Source of the DNA: Selaginella moellendorffii | Lineage: Eukaryota > Plantae > Lycopodiophyta | Assembly (NCBI RefSeq): GCF_000143415.4 | Contig: NW_003314265.1 | Coordinates: 2,683,181-2,747,180, forward strand | Direction of reading: 5' to 3' | DNA length: 64,000 nucleotides | In this document: positions 1-12,000 of the stretch, piece after piece | Layout: every line of letters starts with the position of its first letter | Position numbering within the stretch: the stretch's first letter is position 1 | The notes under the pieces: generated by a model | What the model saw: only the letters and a program-made list of their open reading frames with translations | Databases searched by the model: none | Told to the model about the DNA's origin: nothing | Translations under genes and position numbers: made by a program

Positions 1-387
1 CTTATTTCCTCCACATGAAACTTGAAAGACAAGTACTGCAAAACAGTCATGGCTCCACAAGTCACCAAAAACGAAAAGAGCATGGTCAGAGACACCCATG
101 AATTTGAGATCAAGCTGTAACATCTTCTCTAAGCTATGGATTCTTTATAAATTCCAGTGTGATCTCTCTCTGTGTGTTCTTTGCTATGTTTGTTACAGGA
201 TCAATCGTCCTGCTCTGTAAACTTATCTGCTGTGTGGATGGAATGACACTATCAATCAATCCTCTCCTCCCAGCACCTTGAATGCTCCACTGCAGCAGCC
301 AAGTTGTTAGCCAGTTCCTCGTGTTTTTATCCTCGGACCAGAGAATTTAAAGCTCATGATCTTACCTCGGCCGAAAGCTGCTATCAA

Positions 388-1745
388 TCACTCGAGCAAA
401 CACTTTGTTTTTTCCTTTCGTGTCACGGAGAATCTAAACACCATCTGGTGCCTGTAAACTTCCCCGGGGGAAACCATCACGCTCGGGAACCTTGCGTCGT
501 TAACGGCATTTGGAAATCCCTGCGTCTCGAGGCAAAGCCCGGCGTGCTTCCTGTAAACCTGTCCATCTTTTCCAGCCTCTGCCACTAAGAAGTTCCCCGT
601 GTAGAACTGCAAGCCCGGCGCGTCCGTGAGAAGCTCCATCGTTCTTCCACTGGATGGATCTCTCACCCTGGCAGCAAAGCAAAGCCCAGGTCCTTGCTTC
701 TGATCCAGCACGTAGTTGTGATCGTATCCCCCCTCGACTTGATCAATCCTGGAACCGATCCTGGCCTCTTGCAGGAAATCAAAGGCGGTGCCTGCGACGG
801 GGGCGAGCTCGCCAGTGGGAATCTGGAAGTCGTCCACTGGAGTGTAGCGAGAGGCCGAGATGCAAATGGTGTGGTCGAGGATGCTGCCGCTCTTGTGCCC
901 CGCCAGGTTCCAGTACGTGTGCTGCGCAAGGCTGACCGGAGTTTGCTTGCTCGCCGGCACAGCTCTCATTTCCACGCGCAGCTCGTTCTCGTGAAGAGCA
1001 TAAGTTACTGAAACGTCCAGCTCGCCCGGGAATCCTTCACGAAAAGGAAGAGAAGGCTTTAAAGCTGTACAGGAAGTCGAAAGCGAGGAAGCTATACCTT
1101 GCTCGCCATCGCTGCTGCGGTACGTAAATTCGACCGCTGGGACCTGAGATTCCTTGACAATTTGCGACTGCCACAGCACTTTGTCATATCCAACTTCACC
1201 ACCTGTGCAGTGTGGATGGTGTTTTTTTGTTTTTTTGTTTTTGTCCCACACAAACTTCACAGTGAGGAAAGTCCAGGCAGAAAAGAGCAAGCGTACCATG
1301 AAGAGTGTTCATGTTGTTATTGGCAGGCAGAGTGTACGTGACTCCATCCATGGAAAAAGATGCGTCTTTGATCCGGTTCGCTACGCGACCAACAATGCAT
1401 CCAAAATACGGCGAGGTTCCATCCTGGAAAAACGACGACTCTAAGAAGAAGAAGAAGAAGAAGAAAGGCGAGAAAAACAACAAAGAAGAGAAGATACCAT
1501 GTAAGGATCGCAGGAATCAAATCCCAGAACGATATCAATGTCCTCTCCAGCTGCAAAAATTCAAATCTAGAGAGAAAACCAAGGATTATTCTCAAACCTG
1601 AAGGATCCCTGAGGCAGAGCGAGACGATGGTCGCTCCCCAGTTCGTGATCCTGGCAGTGATGCCTCCATTCCTCAAGGTGTACAGATAGACCCCCGGCTT
1701 GCGCCCCCAAGCCTCCACATCTACACACTTGCTATCACTCGCCAT
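388..1745 (-). CDS. Aldose 1-epimerase (galactose mutarotase), multi-exon
   Basis: Exon pieces in ORFs 1317-1745 ([13 protein letters not shown]), 1196-1483 ([14 protein letters not shown]...NTLHG) and 388-1299 ([51 protein letters not shown]). These are standard mutarotase motifs. Short GT-AG introns lie between them; internal exon limits are approximate. Confidence 0.93.
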
Positions 1746-1928
1746 TGCTAACAGAAGAATAGCATGCCCTTATTCTCCCAAATATTTTTCCTCAACTTAT
1801 ATTAGTTCTATTTCTAAAGATAAGATCGTAAAAACCTGATTTTTCTTCCTTTTTTTTGTAAAAAATTCTCCTTGAGTTCTTCAAGGCATAAATGTACACA
1901 TTTGCTATGATCGATCGAGCAGACGAAG

Positions 1929-4232
1929 CTAGAGAGGTGGAGGAGGGACATGGTCGTGCTCCGAGAGGTATGGAGTGACATGCCGGAGCTTCTTCTTGGC
2001 GAGGTCCTCGTCCAAGTTGGCCATGCTCGCCGTCCCGCCCCGGTAAGACTCCCACACGATGCTCGACAGCCTCTCCCTCACCGCCGCCGGCTCCTTGTCC
2101 CGCATCGCCTCCAGCTCCGCCTCCATGGTCTGCGGCTCCTTGAGGCTCGCAAACTCGCGCAGCAGCCGCTCGTGCACCGGCATCCAGTTCCGCGGCAGCG
2201 GCGAGAACACCGCCTCGGGTATCCGGTCCAGGAACCGGAACTCGATCGGCTCGATGCCCGTCTTCATGCCCGACACCACCGCCTGCCGGTACTGCGGCGT
2301 CCGCCCCTTGCGGTCCTTGAGCTGGTAGCTCAAGTCGGAGCTGGCCGTCTTGTAAACCTTCGCCTGCGAGCGGAGCTTGTACTTGGCGGCGTACATCTTC
2401 GCCAGCGACGATCGGAAGACGTAGCCGATGAGGCCGCAGACGGCCTTGCGATTGAAGGCGTACTTGTACCAGTCGGCGAGCGCGCGGAGGAGCTTGTTCA
2501 TGTGAGCGTTGGTCTGCGCCTGCTCGGTGTGGAAGAGCCTCATGCACGCCAGCGGGTGGTCGTCACCTTTGAGCACCCCGACCTCGCGGAGCTTGTGGAG
2601 GCAGTACTGCATGTCCGCCTTGACGCACAGGATGGTCTTGTGGAGCTTGAGCGTGCGGTACCTGTTGTCCGAGAAGAGCTGCCGCCGGGTGATGATGAGG
2701 CGGCGGCGGAAGATCTCGTGGCCCAGGAAGAAGGTCCGGCGGGTGATGTGCACCGGCGGGTCCAGGTCCGGCTCCGTGAAGAAGGTCTCGCGGCAAAAGG
2801 CACGGCAGCGCTCCACGGCGCGCAGCGCGTCGTGCCGCGTGCCGCGCACCGATATCAGGAAGTGCCCCGAGTAGCGGATGTACTCCATGCGCTTGGAGTT
2901 GTCCGACATGAGCTCCTTCCCGGCCACCACCGCCAGCTGCTGCTCCAGCCGGGGATTCGGCGGCGGGGAGCCACCGCCACCTTTTCCATCGCCACCTTCT
3001 TCATCGTCGCTGCTCGACGAGGAATCCTCGTAGTGCCGCCGCTCGATGTAAGGCGTGTTCCTGTAAGTCTCCTCGTCGTCGCTGCTGTCCGGCTCCTTCT
3101 TGTGCTGCCACAGATAATCTCCTTGCGGGGACTCGTCCGGCTCCATGCCCAAGTTTGGATCGTGGGGGCGGAAGAACTCGCTCATCTGGCCCTCCATCCA
3201 CGAATCCAGCTCGTTGAGGTAGATGTTGGCGAGGAGAGGCGCGAGCTTGTGGCAGTATCCCCACTTGGGCGACTTTTGCGCCTCGACCGGAGCGAAGCCG
3301 AGCACGGTGTCCAGCCAGAACGGGCACCGCTTGGGCTTCTTATCCTCGCTCAGCTGCTTTAGCTGGCGATACGAGACTCTCACCGGCCGCGGGATGGGAA
3401 CCTCGAGCCGGAGCCTCCCTCGGAGGCCGCTGGCGATGAGCTCGATCACCCTCGAGTCCTGGACGACGTTGGCGAGCACCCGGGTGATAAGCTCCGGCTG
3501 CGGATCGTCGTAGAGCTTGGTGAGATCGCCCTTGACGGTCCACACCACGCCGTCGAAGTTGCCCTGGATGTAGCGCAGGCACGACTGCGCGCTCCGCCCC
3601 GGCCGCCCCCCAAACGCGCGCTGCGAGAGCCTCACCTCGAACAGCGGCTCCAGCACGAAGATGAGCACCTCCTGGACGATCTCGTCCTGGAAATCGCCGC
3701 GGGGGTCGTCGCGCTGCCGGATTGGGGGCGGGTCGCTGCCGGGCTTGGGCGGCGGGAAGACGAAGATCTGCTCCTTGCCGCCCCAGGCGAAGGTGCCGTC
3801 CATGACCGCGCGCTTGAGGTTGTCGAGGTCGGCCAGGGTCTCCTGGTCGATCCGGCTGGTGGGCGCCCAGAGGCCGCGGTTGTAGCAGGATCGCTGGTAG
3901 GCGCAGTGCCAGAGGTCGGGGCTGTGGAGGAAGCGCTCCAGATTGTGGTGCGTCTTGTCGGGGCTGCGGTAGCTGCTGATCCAGAGGTAGGAGATGAGAT
4001 TGGTGGTGCGCAGCCGGGCGGCGGAGGTGCGCGGGCAGTAGTCCACCTCTTCCATGTTCTTGGCGAAGAGATAGGCGGGCTGGGGCTTGGGCTTGGGCGG
4101 GGTCTTGGCGTAGCTGCGCGTGATGACCATGGGCATCGCCTTGGCTTCCACCACTGCCTGGAGCCCTGCATTGGAATTTGGACGGCGCCATTGCCATCCG
4201 GATGCCCGCCTTGCTGCCGCTGTCGCGGCCAT
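1929..4232 (-). CDS. nMAT2: Nuclear-encoded group II intron maturase (degenerate RT plus domain X), nMAT2-like, probably mitochondrial
   Basis: Intronless 767-aa ORF with an Arg/Ala-rich presequence-like N-terminus. RT motifs are QDEIVQEVL..LEP.FE, GRPGRSAQ, KGDL and LAPLLANIYLNELD. RYSGHFLI replaces RYADD, as in plant nMAT2 (RYGGH). A domain X-like segment is present (WYKYAFNRK...SLAKMYAAKYKL). Confidence 0.88.
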   Translation of the reverse strand: MAATAAARRASGWQWRRPNSNAGLQAVVEAKAMPMVITRSYAKTPPKPKPQPAYLFAKNMEEVDYCPRTSAARLRTTNLISYLWISSYRSPDKTHHNLERFLHSPDLWHCAYQRSCYNRGLWAPTSRIDQETLADLDNLKRAVMDGTFAWGGKEQIFVFPPPKPGSDPPPIRQRDDPRGDFQDEIVQEVLIFVLEPLFEVRLSQRAFGGRPGRSAQSCLRYIQGNFDGVVWTVKGDLTKLYDDPQPELITRVLANVVQDSRVIELIASGLRGRLRLEVPIPRPVRVSYRQLKQLSEDKKPKRCPFWLDTVLGFAPVEAQKSPKWGYCHKLAPLLANIYLNELDSWMEGQMSEFFRPHDPNLGMEPDESPQGDYLWQHKKEPDSSDDEETYRNTPYIERRHYEDSSSSSDDEEGGDGKGGGGSPPPNPRLEQQLAVVAGKELMSDNSKRMEYIRYSGHFLISVRGTRHDALRAVERCRAFCRETFFTEPDLDPPVHITRRTFFLGHEIFRRRLIITRRQLFSDNRYRTLKLHKTILCVKADMQYCLHKLREVGVLKGDDHPLACMRLFHTEQAQTNAHMNKLLRALADWYKYAFNRKAVCGLIGYVFRSSLAKMYAAKYKLRSQAKVYKTASSDLSYQLKDRKGRTPQYRQAVVSGMKTGIEPIEFRFLDRIPEAVFSPLPRNWMPVHERLLREFASLKEPQTMEAELEAMRDKEPAAVRERLSSIVWESYRGGTASMANLDEDLAKKKLRHVTPYLSEHDHVPPPPL

Positions 4233-4296
4233 TTCATAAACCCTACACCATAAACCCTAGAATTCCGTTGCGCCCTAAAATTCTTTCATTTTAAAG
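4233..4296. promoter_or_regulatory. 64-bp bidirectional intergenic region with two telo-boxes (AAACCCTA)
   Basis: AAACCCTA at 4238-4245 and 4252-4259, between the divergent ATGs at 4232 and 4297. Confidence 0.6.
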
Positions 4297-5529
4297 ATGG
4301 CGGCGAGGCGAGCAGTGCGTCCCTTGGAGAAGGATCTGCTGGCTGCCAGGTTCTTCAACAGGAAGCGCGAGCTGTCGGATCTTAACGACCTTTTGACGCC
4401 GGAGGTGTTGGCGGAGCCGGGGCAGATGGTGATCGTCACGGGCCCGAAAGACTCGGGTAAGACGGCGCTGCTCAGGGAGTACCGCCGCCGGCAAGCCCAT
4501 GGCGAGTTTCTGGGGGTCTCTTCCTACATCGACATGCGCGAGAAGCCCAACGTAGATCCAGCAGGCTTTGCGGCAAGCCTTCGTGGTAGCATGGTTGATA
4601 GCATGGAGCTTAAAGAAAAGCTGGGGATCGAAGTCCTGGGAGCCAACGTAGAGCACTGCAAGGGCAGTGCTAGTGAGGATGGATTGTCCATGACAATGCG
4701 CTGGCTGGAATCATACTGCTTGGAGAGACGTCATCTGGTGAGGCCGGAGCAGTGCTCCACCACCTTGGTGGATGCATACAAGCAAGGGTTTCCCACCATC
4801 TTCATCGATGAGGCGAATGCGTTAGCGGCATGGCACTCACTGCCCGATGGAGAAGCCCAGCTGGAGGCGCTCTTCCGCTTCCTTGTGCGCATCTCCAAGC
4901 AGGAGTGTGGAGCGCACATTGTGCTGGCCTCGTCTGAGAGCTTCTTCAGGAGATGGCTGCTCTCCTCGGCTGCATTCCAAGGCCACGGCGTCAGCGTCTT
5001 CAGCGTCGGCCACCTGGCTGAAGAAGAAGCCAAGGCGTTTATGCTGGAGCGCGTGCCGGCATCGTCCAAGAAGGAAGCCGAAGCTGTGTGGGATGATGTG
5101 TTCGCTCACGTTGGAGGCGCCATACTCAACTTGCACCGAGTCGTGCGCCTGGCACACCGCGCTGTGGCCACCGGCGAGCGTCTCCGGGATCGCTGGGAGC
5201 GAGAGAAGAAGCGGCTGTTCATGGATGCGGCGTACCGTGTCATGGAGGGATTTCGTCCGGAAGGGATGCGTAAGGTAGGTGTTCGAGAGCCGCCGAAGTG
5301 GAAAAAAGACGACTGGGCTCGCTTGGTGAAGAAGATGGCCGACTCCCGCGACGGTGTCATCGCGTATGACTCTCTGGCCGATGTTCCTGGCCTGGACTCG
5401 ATGATCGAGCATGATCTCCTCCAGCTCCGGGCATACAGCGACACCGAGAGGGAGATCATTGCGGATGAGTGGCCCGTTGTCATTCCAACCTCCCGGATGG
5501 CTCTTCACGTTATGAGGATCAAAGGATGA
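4297..5529 (+). CDS. P-loop ATPase of the archaeal-type ATPase_2/AAA_16 (STAND-related) family
   Basis: Intronless 410-aa ORF with N-terminal FFNRKRELSDL, Walker A GPKDSGKT, Walker B IFIDEAN, sensor-like IVLASS, and a GHLAEEEA...VGG helical region. Confidence 0.82.
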   Translation: MAARRAVRPLEKDLLAARFFNRKRELSDLNDLLTPEVLAEPGQMVIVTGPKDSGKTALLREYRRRQAHGEFLGVSSYIDMREKPNVDPAGFAASLRGSMVDSMELKEKLGIEVLGANVEHCKGSASEDGLSMTMRWLESYCLERRHLVRPEQCSTTLVDAYKQGFPTIFIDEANALAAWHSLPDGEAQLEALFRFLVRISKQECGAHIVLASSESFFRRWLLSSAAFQGHGVSVFSVGHLAEEEAKAFMLERVPASSKKEAEAVWDDVFAHVGGAILNLHRVVRLAHRAVATGERLRDRWEREKKRLFMDAAYRVMEGFRPEGMRKVGVREPPKWKKDDWARLVKKMADSRDGVIAYDSLADVPGLDSMIEHDLLQLRAYSDTEREIIADEWPVVIPTSRMALHVMRIKG

Positions 5530-5542
5530 TCTTTTAATGTTT

Positions 5543-5900
5543 TTACCTTTGGTTTATATATTCGGCGCTCCAGGAACAAGGCTCGAATCGCGTAGCCACA
5601 CGATCCCACGCTCCACCAGGTCTGTGTGACTGACGCGACGAGATGGTTTGTCTATAATGACCACTATAACATTGTGAAGTTATCTGCAAGAGGACGCTCT
5701 GAGCTTCGCCCAGTCGGCCATGCTGAGCATATAAGTTGCAGGAGACAACGTCTTGCTCTGGCATCGCATCGAACAGAAACTTTGCTTGATAGACACTACA
5801 CGGCTGCACAGCTAGTATCGACTTCCACGACGCCAGGTTGTGCGTAGGCATCTCTTCGAACACTTTCTTTCCACTCTATGCAGGAGCTTTGAGCATAGTA
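5543..5900 (-). pseudogene. Degenerate PLS-type PPR fragment
   Basis: Eroded PPR motifs (FEEMPTHNLASW, LFDAMPEQDVVSC, YAQHGRLGEAQSV) with deletions and frameshifts. Confidence 0.75.
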
Positions 5901-8667
5901 CTGGAGAGAAACCAAGAGTTTACGTCTTGTGAAGAGATTGCAGCTTTTCTCTCCCGGGCACTGTGTTCTGTCCCTTTCAGTCATTCTTTCTGCGAGTATG
6001 GTTATAAAAATGCAGCAACACTTTGTTATTAATAATGCAATAGAAGCTCTGTCATAAACCAAGCTTTAACTGGAACTTCAAAGCCCACTTGAATTGGGGC
6101 TTGTTGTTAAAATTGTAGGACACTCAAAGGTTCGCCACAAGTCTCGCAGGTGATATTGCATGCTCGATACTGGGAATGAACACCCCGCCACTAATCCAAA
6201 AAGGTGGCCTACCATCCTTAGGATAAGCTTGGGAATATCCTAGGTTATAATATGCTTTGAATCTAAGGATGATGTCATTTGGGCTCCAGGAATAATTTTG
6301 GCCACTGATATTTGCCAACTAGTACAACTTTCTATCTACTGAAATCTTGGGATCAGCTGGAGGGAGTTGGGATGGAGGTGATGGCTATGGAGATCTAGCC
6401 TTAAGAGATTTTCTTCCCTTCTTATACTCACAGAGTGGGATAGGCATACCTGCAAAAGTGATTTCTGTAACTCTTTCACAAATTTTAAGCATAGATAACA
6501 ATGCAAAGGTTAGCATGGCCCATGCTTTCATGGAAAGTGCCAAGAACTTGAGTTTTCTAGTAACTCAGCAAGATGTTTTGCATTCCAAATCCAATGGGAG
6601 GTGTTGTAATGTAAAACACTTTTGAAGGACTAGCTCAATTTAATTTGATTCAATAAAAATAAATTGTATGAGTTTTATTTTTTGCATTTATATATTTAAG
6701 TTAATTGTAATGATAAAAAGAAGTTTTTAATAATTTTTTGTGATAATATTTATTTTAAAATTCTTACTATCCTTTTAACATGAATTTCTATGTATAAGGA
6801 ACCAAAAAATTTATTTAGTGGGCAATACTGTTAATCTATGACTTGGCAGTAATAATGATATAGGCTATTGTGAATATATGCATTTGTTTAATATTTGAAT
6901 TATTTTTTGGGTTAAGCATGACAAGCTAATGGAAAATTTGAGGTGTTTATATTTTAATTTCAGTAAATGTATTAGTAAATATAGTTAACTATATGAATGT
7001 ATTTTCAAATAAAGGTAAAATAAGCTTTTTTATAAACAAGAATATATTTGTTTTCTTTCTACATGGGGCTTATAAACATTGTTTAGTGTGAAAGGTATCA
7101 TTCTCCTATAAATTTTGAAAGCACTCACATCATATTTAGCCCTATAGGGAGGAATCAAGAGCAATCACGTGAAATATGTCCCATATTTTCTAAAGTGAGG
7201 TATAGACAAAGAACAAATATATAAGTAAATAAACGTAAAAATTTGCTAATTGCTAAAGGAAATATTCACCACTTTAGATATAAAACACCCTTTGCAAGGC
7301 ATGAATCAATCCATATGTACCTCCTCATGCTCAAATTACATTTATATTTATAGTGAAATGTTTTTTAAAGAAACCCAAGTCATAATTGATAAAAACAAAT
7401 GTTATTATTTTAGTAATTTTTTTTATAAAACTAAGTAAGATAAAAACTATAGTCCAAATAGATAGAGCAATCTTTGGGAGAAATAAAGTATAACCTTACA
7501 ATTTTAATAAAATTTCCTCAAATAAATAATGAAATAGCATTTTCAAATGAAAGATTAATGTGTTACAATTTATATTTTCATTAATCAAAATTTAAATAAT
7601 AATAATATTAAACATGAAGTTTATTGAATATTTCAGGAATTCAACTATTGTGTTTCCTACTTTACCATTCACCATTCCAACTTGTTTCATTGAATGCTCT
7701 GGGTTTCGTCTTACTCCAGTCTCTTCAAACTTTTGGATCTTCTTCTTTGTCCTGTCCTTGCCCTGTTTGACCAAACACTTTACAGAAAGAACACCCCATG
7801 CAAAGATCTGAGAAACAGTCCGACCCACCGTGTGCGCGCATGTAGCTAATGTGGCCCTTCTCATACCTTTCCCTTTCCTTTCATCTTTTAGACTCCTCGA
7901 TCCTGCAGCACCCACCAAAGAAAGGCATAAACAAATCAGCAATCCACAAAGAACTCCCGTCTTCTACCAAGTTCGATCCATGGGATCCGAGCCTACCAAG
8001 CAGCAGAGATATTAAAGAAGAAACAAAAAGAGAAGAGAGAGGAAAAATAGAAGAATAAAAGAAGAAAAAAGAAGTTCACAGACCTGGCTTGCAGCTTTAG
8101 GGGGAGAGGAGACAGTCTCGCCAAGCACCACCAACATTATAAGATATCTGTTGCTGGCTTTTCGCTTGGCCCTCGCTGATGCTCATGGATTGCGTCTCTC
8201 CAATTCATTTGCCTGCGCAGACCTTGAGCTGTCGTCGCCATAGTACGGCGGTAAAAACTGCTTGACGGTCGATTGATACTGCAGCGACTGCTGCTGCTAC
8301 TGGCGCGGACAATTCAATCGAAAGTCGCAAGACCAAAGAGTGCAAACAAAAGCAAATAGAGGAATAAAAAGCGCAACGAAAAACACAAGCAGAGAAGCCC
8401 ACGCAAAAGAAAAGATAAAAAAGAGGAACTTGCCTTCTTGCTCGTTGTCCCTTGTCTTTCCCGTTGTTTCTATCCAGCTTCAGCTAACCCCGGCCCGTCC
8501 TTCCGCTTGTTTCCTTGTAGCTAGCTTTGCTCTCTGATCAGCTCTTGCGGGCGCAAGCATAGTTTGACTGAGAGGTGTGATTCAAAGTGAGACGGAAGAC
8601 GAAAACGAGATTACCTGGTTTGGCCGCCAGAGTGGAGGAAGAAAGAGCTCTCGAGCCGCGACCGCGA

Positions 8668-8701
8668 GTGAGCGAGAGCGAGAGAGAGAGAGAGAGCGAG
8701 C
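8668..8701 (+). repeat. (GA)n tract upstream of the LRR-RLK
   Basis: gagcgagagcgagagagagagagagagcgagc; a GAGA-type element in the promoter/5' region. Confidence 0.6.
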
Positions 8702-9082
8702 GTCCAGGTAGCAAAAGAAGGGATTCTTTGGCGCTGCGGCTCATCTCTCGTGAAGCCCATCGTTCTCTTTTCATTTCCGTCCCTGTCTCGCTCTCACGTC
8801 ACGCACGCACTGCGAAGACGAGGAAGAAGAGATCGCGTTTTGCTTGATCCAATCCCCCAATCCCCTTCGTTCTTCCTCCCTGGAACAGAAGAGCAGAGAC
8901 AGCCACTCATCAAAGATGCGAAGTACCACCCCAAAGAGCTCACGAAGATCCACCATCATCACAAGCTACACTAACAAGATCAACACCAAAAACAGGAAAA
9001 TCGAGAGAATGGATCACACAGGATCATAACTCAAGTAGCAGCGAATTCCAATCGAAAGAAAGCGAGGAGCGTGGCTTACCCC

Positions 9083-12000
9083 ATGGCGGCTCTCGTCCTC
9101 CTCGCCATCCTTGTCCTAGCGATGGCTCACGAAGGTACGGAAAAAATGCCCAGCCATGGCATCTTCTTCGCTCACACACCTCGTATTCTTGCCCAGGAAA
9201 TTCCATCTCCCTGGAGGAGGAGATGGCGATCTTGCTCCGCTTCAAGCGATCTCTCCTCCTAGCAAACCCTAGCGCGCTCCAGAGCTGGAAACCCGACGAT
9301 CGAAGCCCTTGCGAGTGGCAAGGAGTCAGCTGCGTGGCCAAGCACGTAATCTCGATCGATCTCTCCAACCAGCGCCTCACGGGCCCAATCCCCGATGACA
9401 TCGGCCTCCTCGCGGACCTGGAATCCCTGATCTTGGCTGCCAACTCCCTCAACGGCAGCATCCCGGACGTGATCGGCAACCTCGGCGGGCTAAGAACCCT
9501 AGATATCTCCAACAATTCCCTCTCGGGCTCTCTTCCAAGAATCCTCTCGCCCGGCATCCAGTTCCTCAACATCTCCTCCAACAATCTCACCGGCGCAATC
9601 CCCCCGGAGCTCTTCTCGCAATGCCAGGCGCTGGAGCGCCTGGATCTCTCCGGCAACCAGTTCCACGGATCCATCCCTAGCTCCCTGGGCGGCTGCGCGG
9701 CATTGGAGGTCTTGAGCCTGGAGAACACCAATCTCGTCGGCGAGATCCCTCCAGAGCTCGCCAGCGGCAGCCTCGCATCCCTCACGGACCTCAACCTCGC
9801 CAACAATCACCTGGTCGGATCCATCCCCGGCGGCCTCTTCGTCCCCAGCCTCCGCAACATCGATCTCTCCCTCAACAATCTCACCGGCGAGATCCCGCGG
9901 GAGATATTCCGCAGCGCCGATCTCGAGAGCCTCTTCCTCTCGCAGAACCACTTCACGCGCATCCCTCAGGAAATAGGGTTGTTGCGCTCACTGCGCTTCC
10001 TCGTTCTCGGCAGGAACAACATCACCGAGCTCCCGGCATCCATCGCCAACTGCAGCGAGCTTAGGGTTTTGATCCTCAACGAGAACCTCCTCGCGGGGGA
10101 GATCCCGGCCGCCATCGCCAAGCTCGCCAAGCTCCAGTTCCTGGTCCTCCACACCAATGGCTTCACCGGCGGGATCCCGGAGTGGATCGCCACGAGCCAT
10201 CGCCAGCTCCTCCACCTGGATCTCAGCGACAACAGCATCACCGGCGTCATCCCCAGCGGATTCAACGCCACCAGCTTGGCGAAGCTCCAGTTCTTGCTCC
10301 TGGCGGGAAATCGCCTCACGGGATCCATCCCGCCGAGCCTGGGCGAGATCTCGCAGCTCCAGTTCCTGGATCTCTCCGGGAATCGCCTCACGGGCTCCAT
10401 CCCGCCATCGCTAGGGAAGCTCACGCGATTGCTGTGGCTCATGCTCGCCAACAACAACCTCTCCGGAGCGATCCCTCGCGAGCTGGGCAATTGCTCCAGC
10501 CTCCTGTGGCTCAATGCTGCCAAGAACTCCATCGCCGGCGAGCTCCCGCCCGAGCTGGAATCCATGGGCAAGGCCGCCAAGGCGACCTTCGATGACAACA
10601 TCGCGAATCTCCCCCAGGTCCCCAAGGAGATCGGCGAGTGCGCTGTTCTTCGCCGCTGGCTGCCCAGCAACTATCCCCCATTCAGCCTCGTCTACAGGGT
10701 CCTGGATCGCGATCGCTGCCAGCAATTCTGGAACCTCCTCCTGCGCGGCAAGTTCATCTACTCGGTGTGCTCCACCATCCCCACCGAGAAATCCATGGGC
10801 TACATCCAGCTCTCGGAGAACCGCCTCTCGGGCAGCATCCCGGCGAGCTATGGCGGCATCGATCGGCTGAGCCTCCTCTTCCTCTACCAGAACCGATTGA
10901 GCGGCGCCATCCCGGGATCGCTCAGCAACCTCAAGCTCACGGGCTTGAATCTCTCGCACAACGCGCTCGAGGGCGCCATCCCGGACAGCTTCGGCCAGTT
11001 CCAGTGCCTCCAGAGCCTCGATCTGTCCAGCAACCGGCTGAGCGGCCAGATCCCCTACTCGCTCACGCGCCTCACCTCGCTCAACAAATTCAATGTCTCC
11101 TACAACCCCGGCCTCGCGGGGCCGATCCCCTTCGCCGGGCAGCTCGCCACGTTCGATCAAGACTCCTTCATCGGTGATTCCCAGCTGTGCTACGTCCCAG
11201 CGCTCACCGGCACCAGCGATCCCAGCACCGCCATCCCCTTCTGCAACGGATCTCCCAGGAACCCTAGCTCGTCGTCCTCGCGCGGTGTCCCCGCGCCAAT
11301 GCACGCCTCCACCATCCTGGGTATCAGCCTGGCGTGCGCGCTGGGCGTGATCGCCATGGGCCTGGCGGCGATCTGCTGGATGACCCGGAGAGACAGCGGC
11401 GGCGGCGGCGGCGGAGGAGGAGGAGGAGGCGGAGGATCGGCGGCGCTCGATTCGCAGGGCTTCAAGATGATGAAATCCTCGTCGGCGCGCTTCGATCACT
11501 CGGCCGCCATGGACGCCGTGTCGCTCTTCACCATGGATCTCCCCAAGCAGCTCACGTACAAGGATCTGGTGGCGGCCACGGGCAACTTCCACGACTCCAA
11601 CATCGTGGGGTGTGGCGGCTTTGGCGTGGTGTACAAGGCCCAGCTTTCCGACGGATCGACGGTGGCGATCAAGAAGCTCATCCGGGAAGGGCCAGCCGGC
11701 GAGCGGGAATTCCAGGCCGAGATGCACACCCTGGGCCACATCGTCCACGAGAATCTCGTCCCGCTCATGGGATATTCCTCGTACGGCGCTCAGATGCTGC
11801 TCGTGTACGAGCTCATGGTCAACGGCAGCGTGGAGGACTGGCTGTACGGCTGCCGCCGCCACGCTGGCGGCGCGGGCGGCCTGGATTGGCCGGCCCGGCT
11901 CGACGTGGCGATTGGTACGGCACGGGGTCTCAAGTTCTTGCACCACAGCTGCTCCCCGCCAATCATCCACCGCGACATGAAGGCTAGTAATATTCTACTT

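Noticed and set aside
1950-3362. Long antisense and alternate-frame ORFs over the maturase (similar ones lie over the RLK and PPR genes)
   Set aside because: Expected shadows of GC3-rich coding sequence; no recognisable motifs.
1929-5529. Retron or defence-type RT plus ATPase operon
   Set aside because: The context is eukaryotic, the genes are divergent, the RT lacks YADD aspartates and matches plant nMAT2, and no msr/msd-like ncRNA fits the 64-bp spacer.
6050-8530. Possible decayed DNA transposon (CSFCKVFG-like zinc-finger remnant near 7750-7800, AT-rich core)
   Set aside because: No TIRs, TSD or catalytic motif could be established by eye, so it is left uncalled. TBLASTX against a repeat library would decide.
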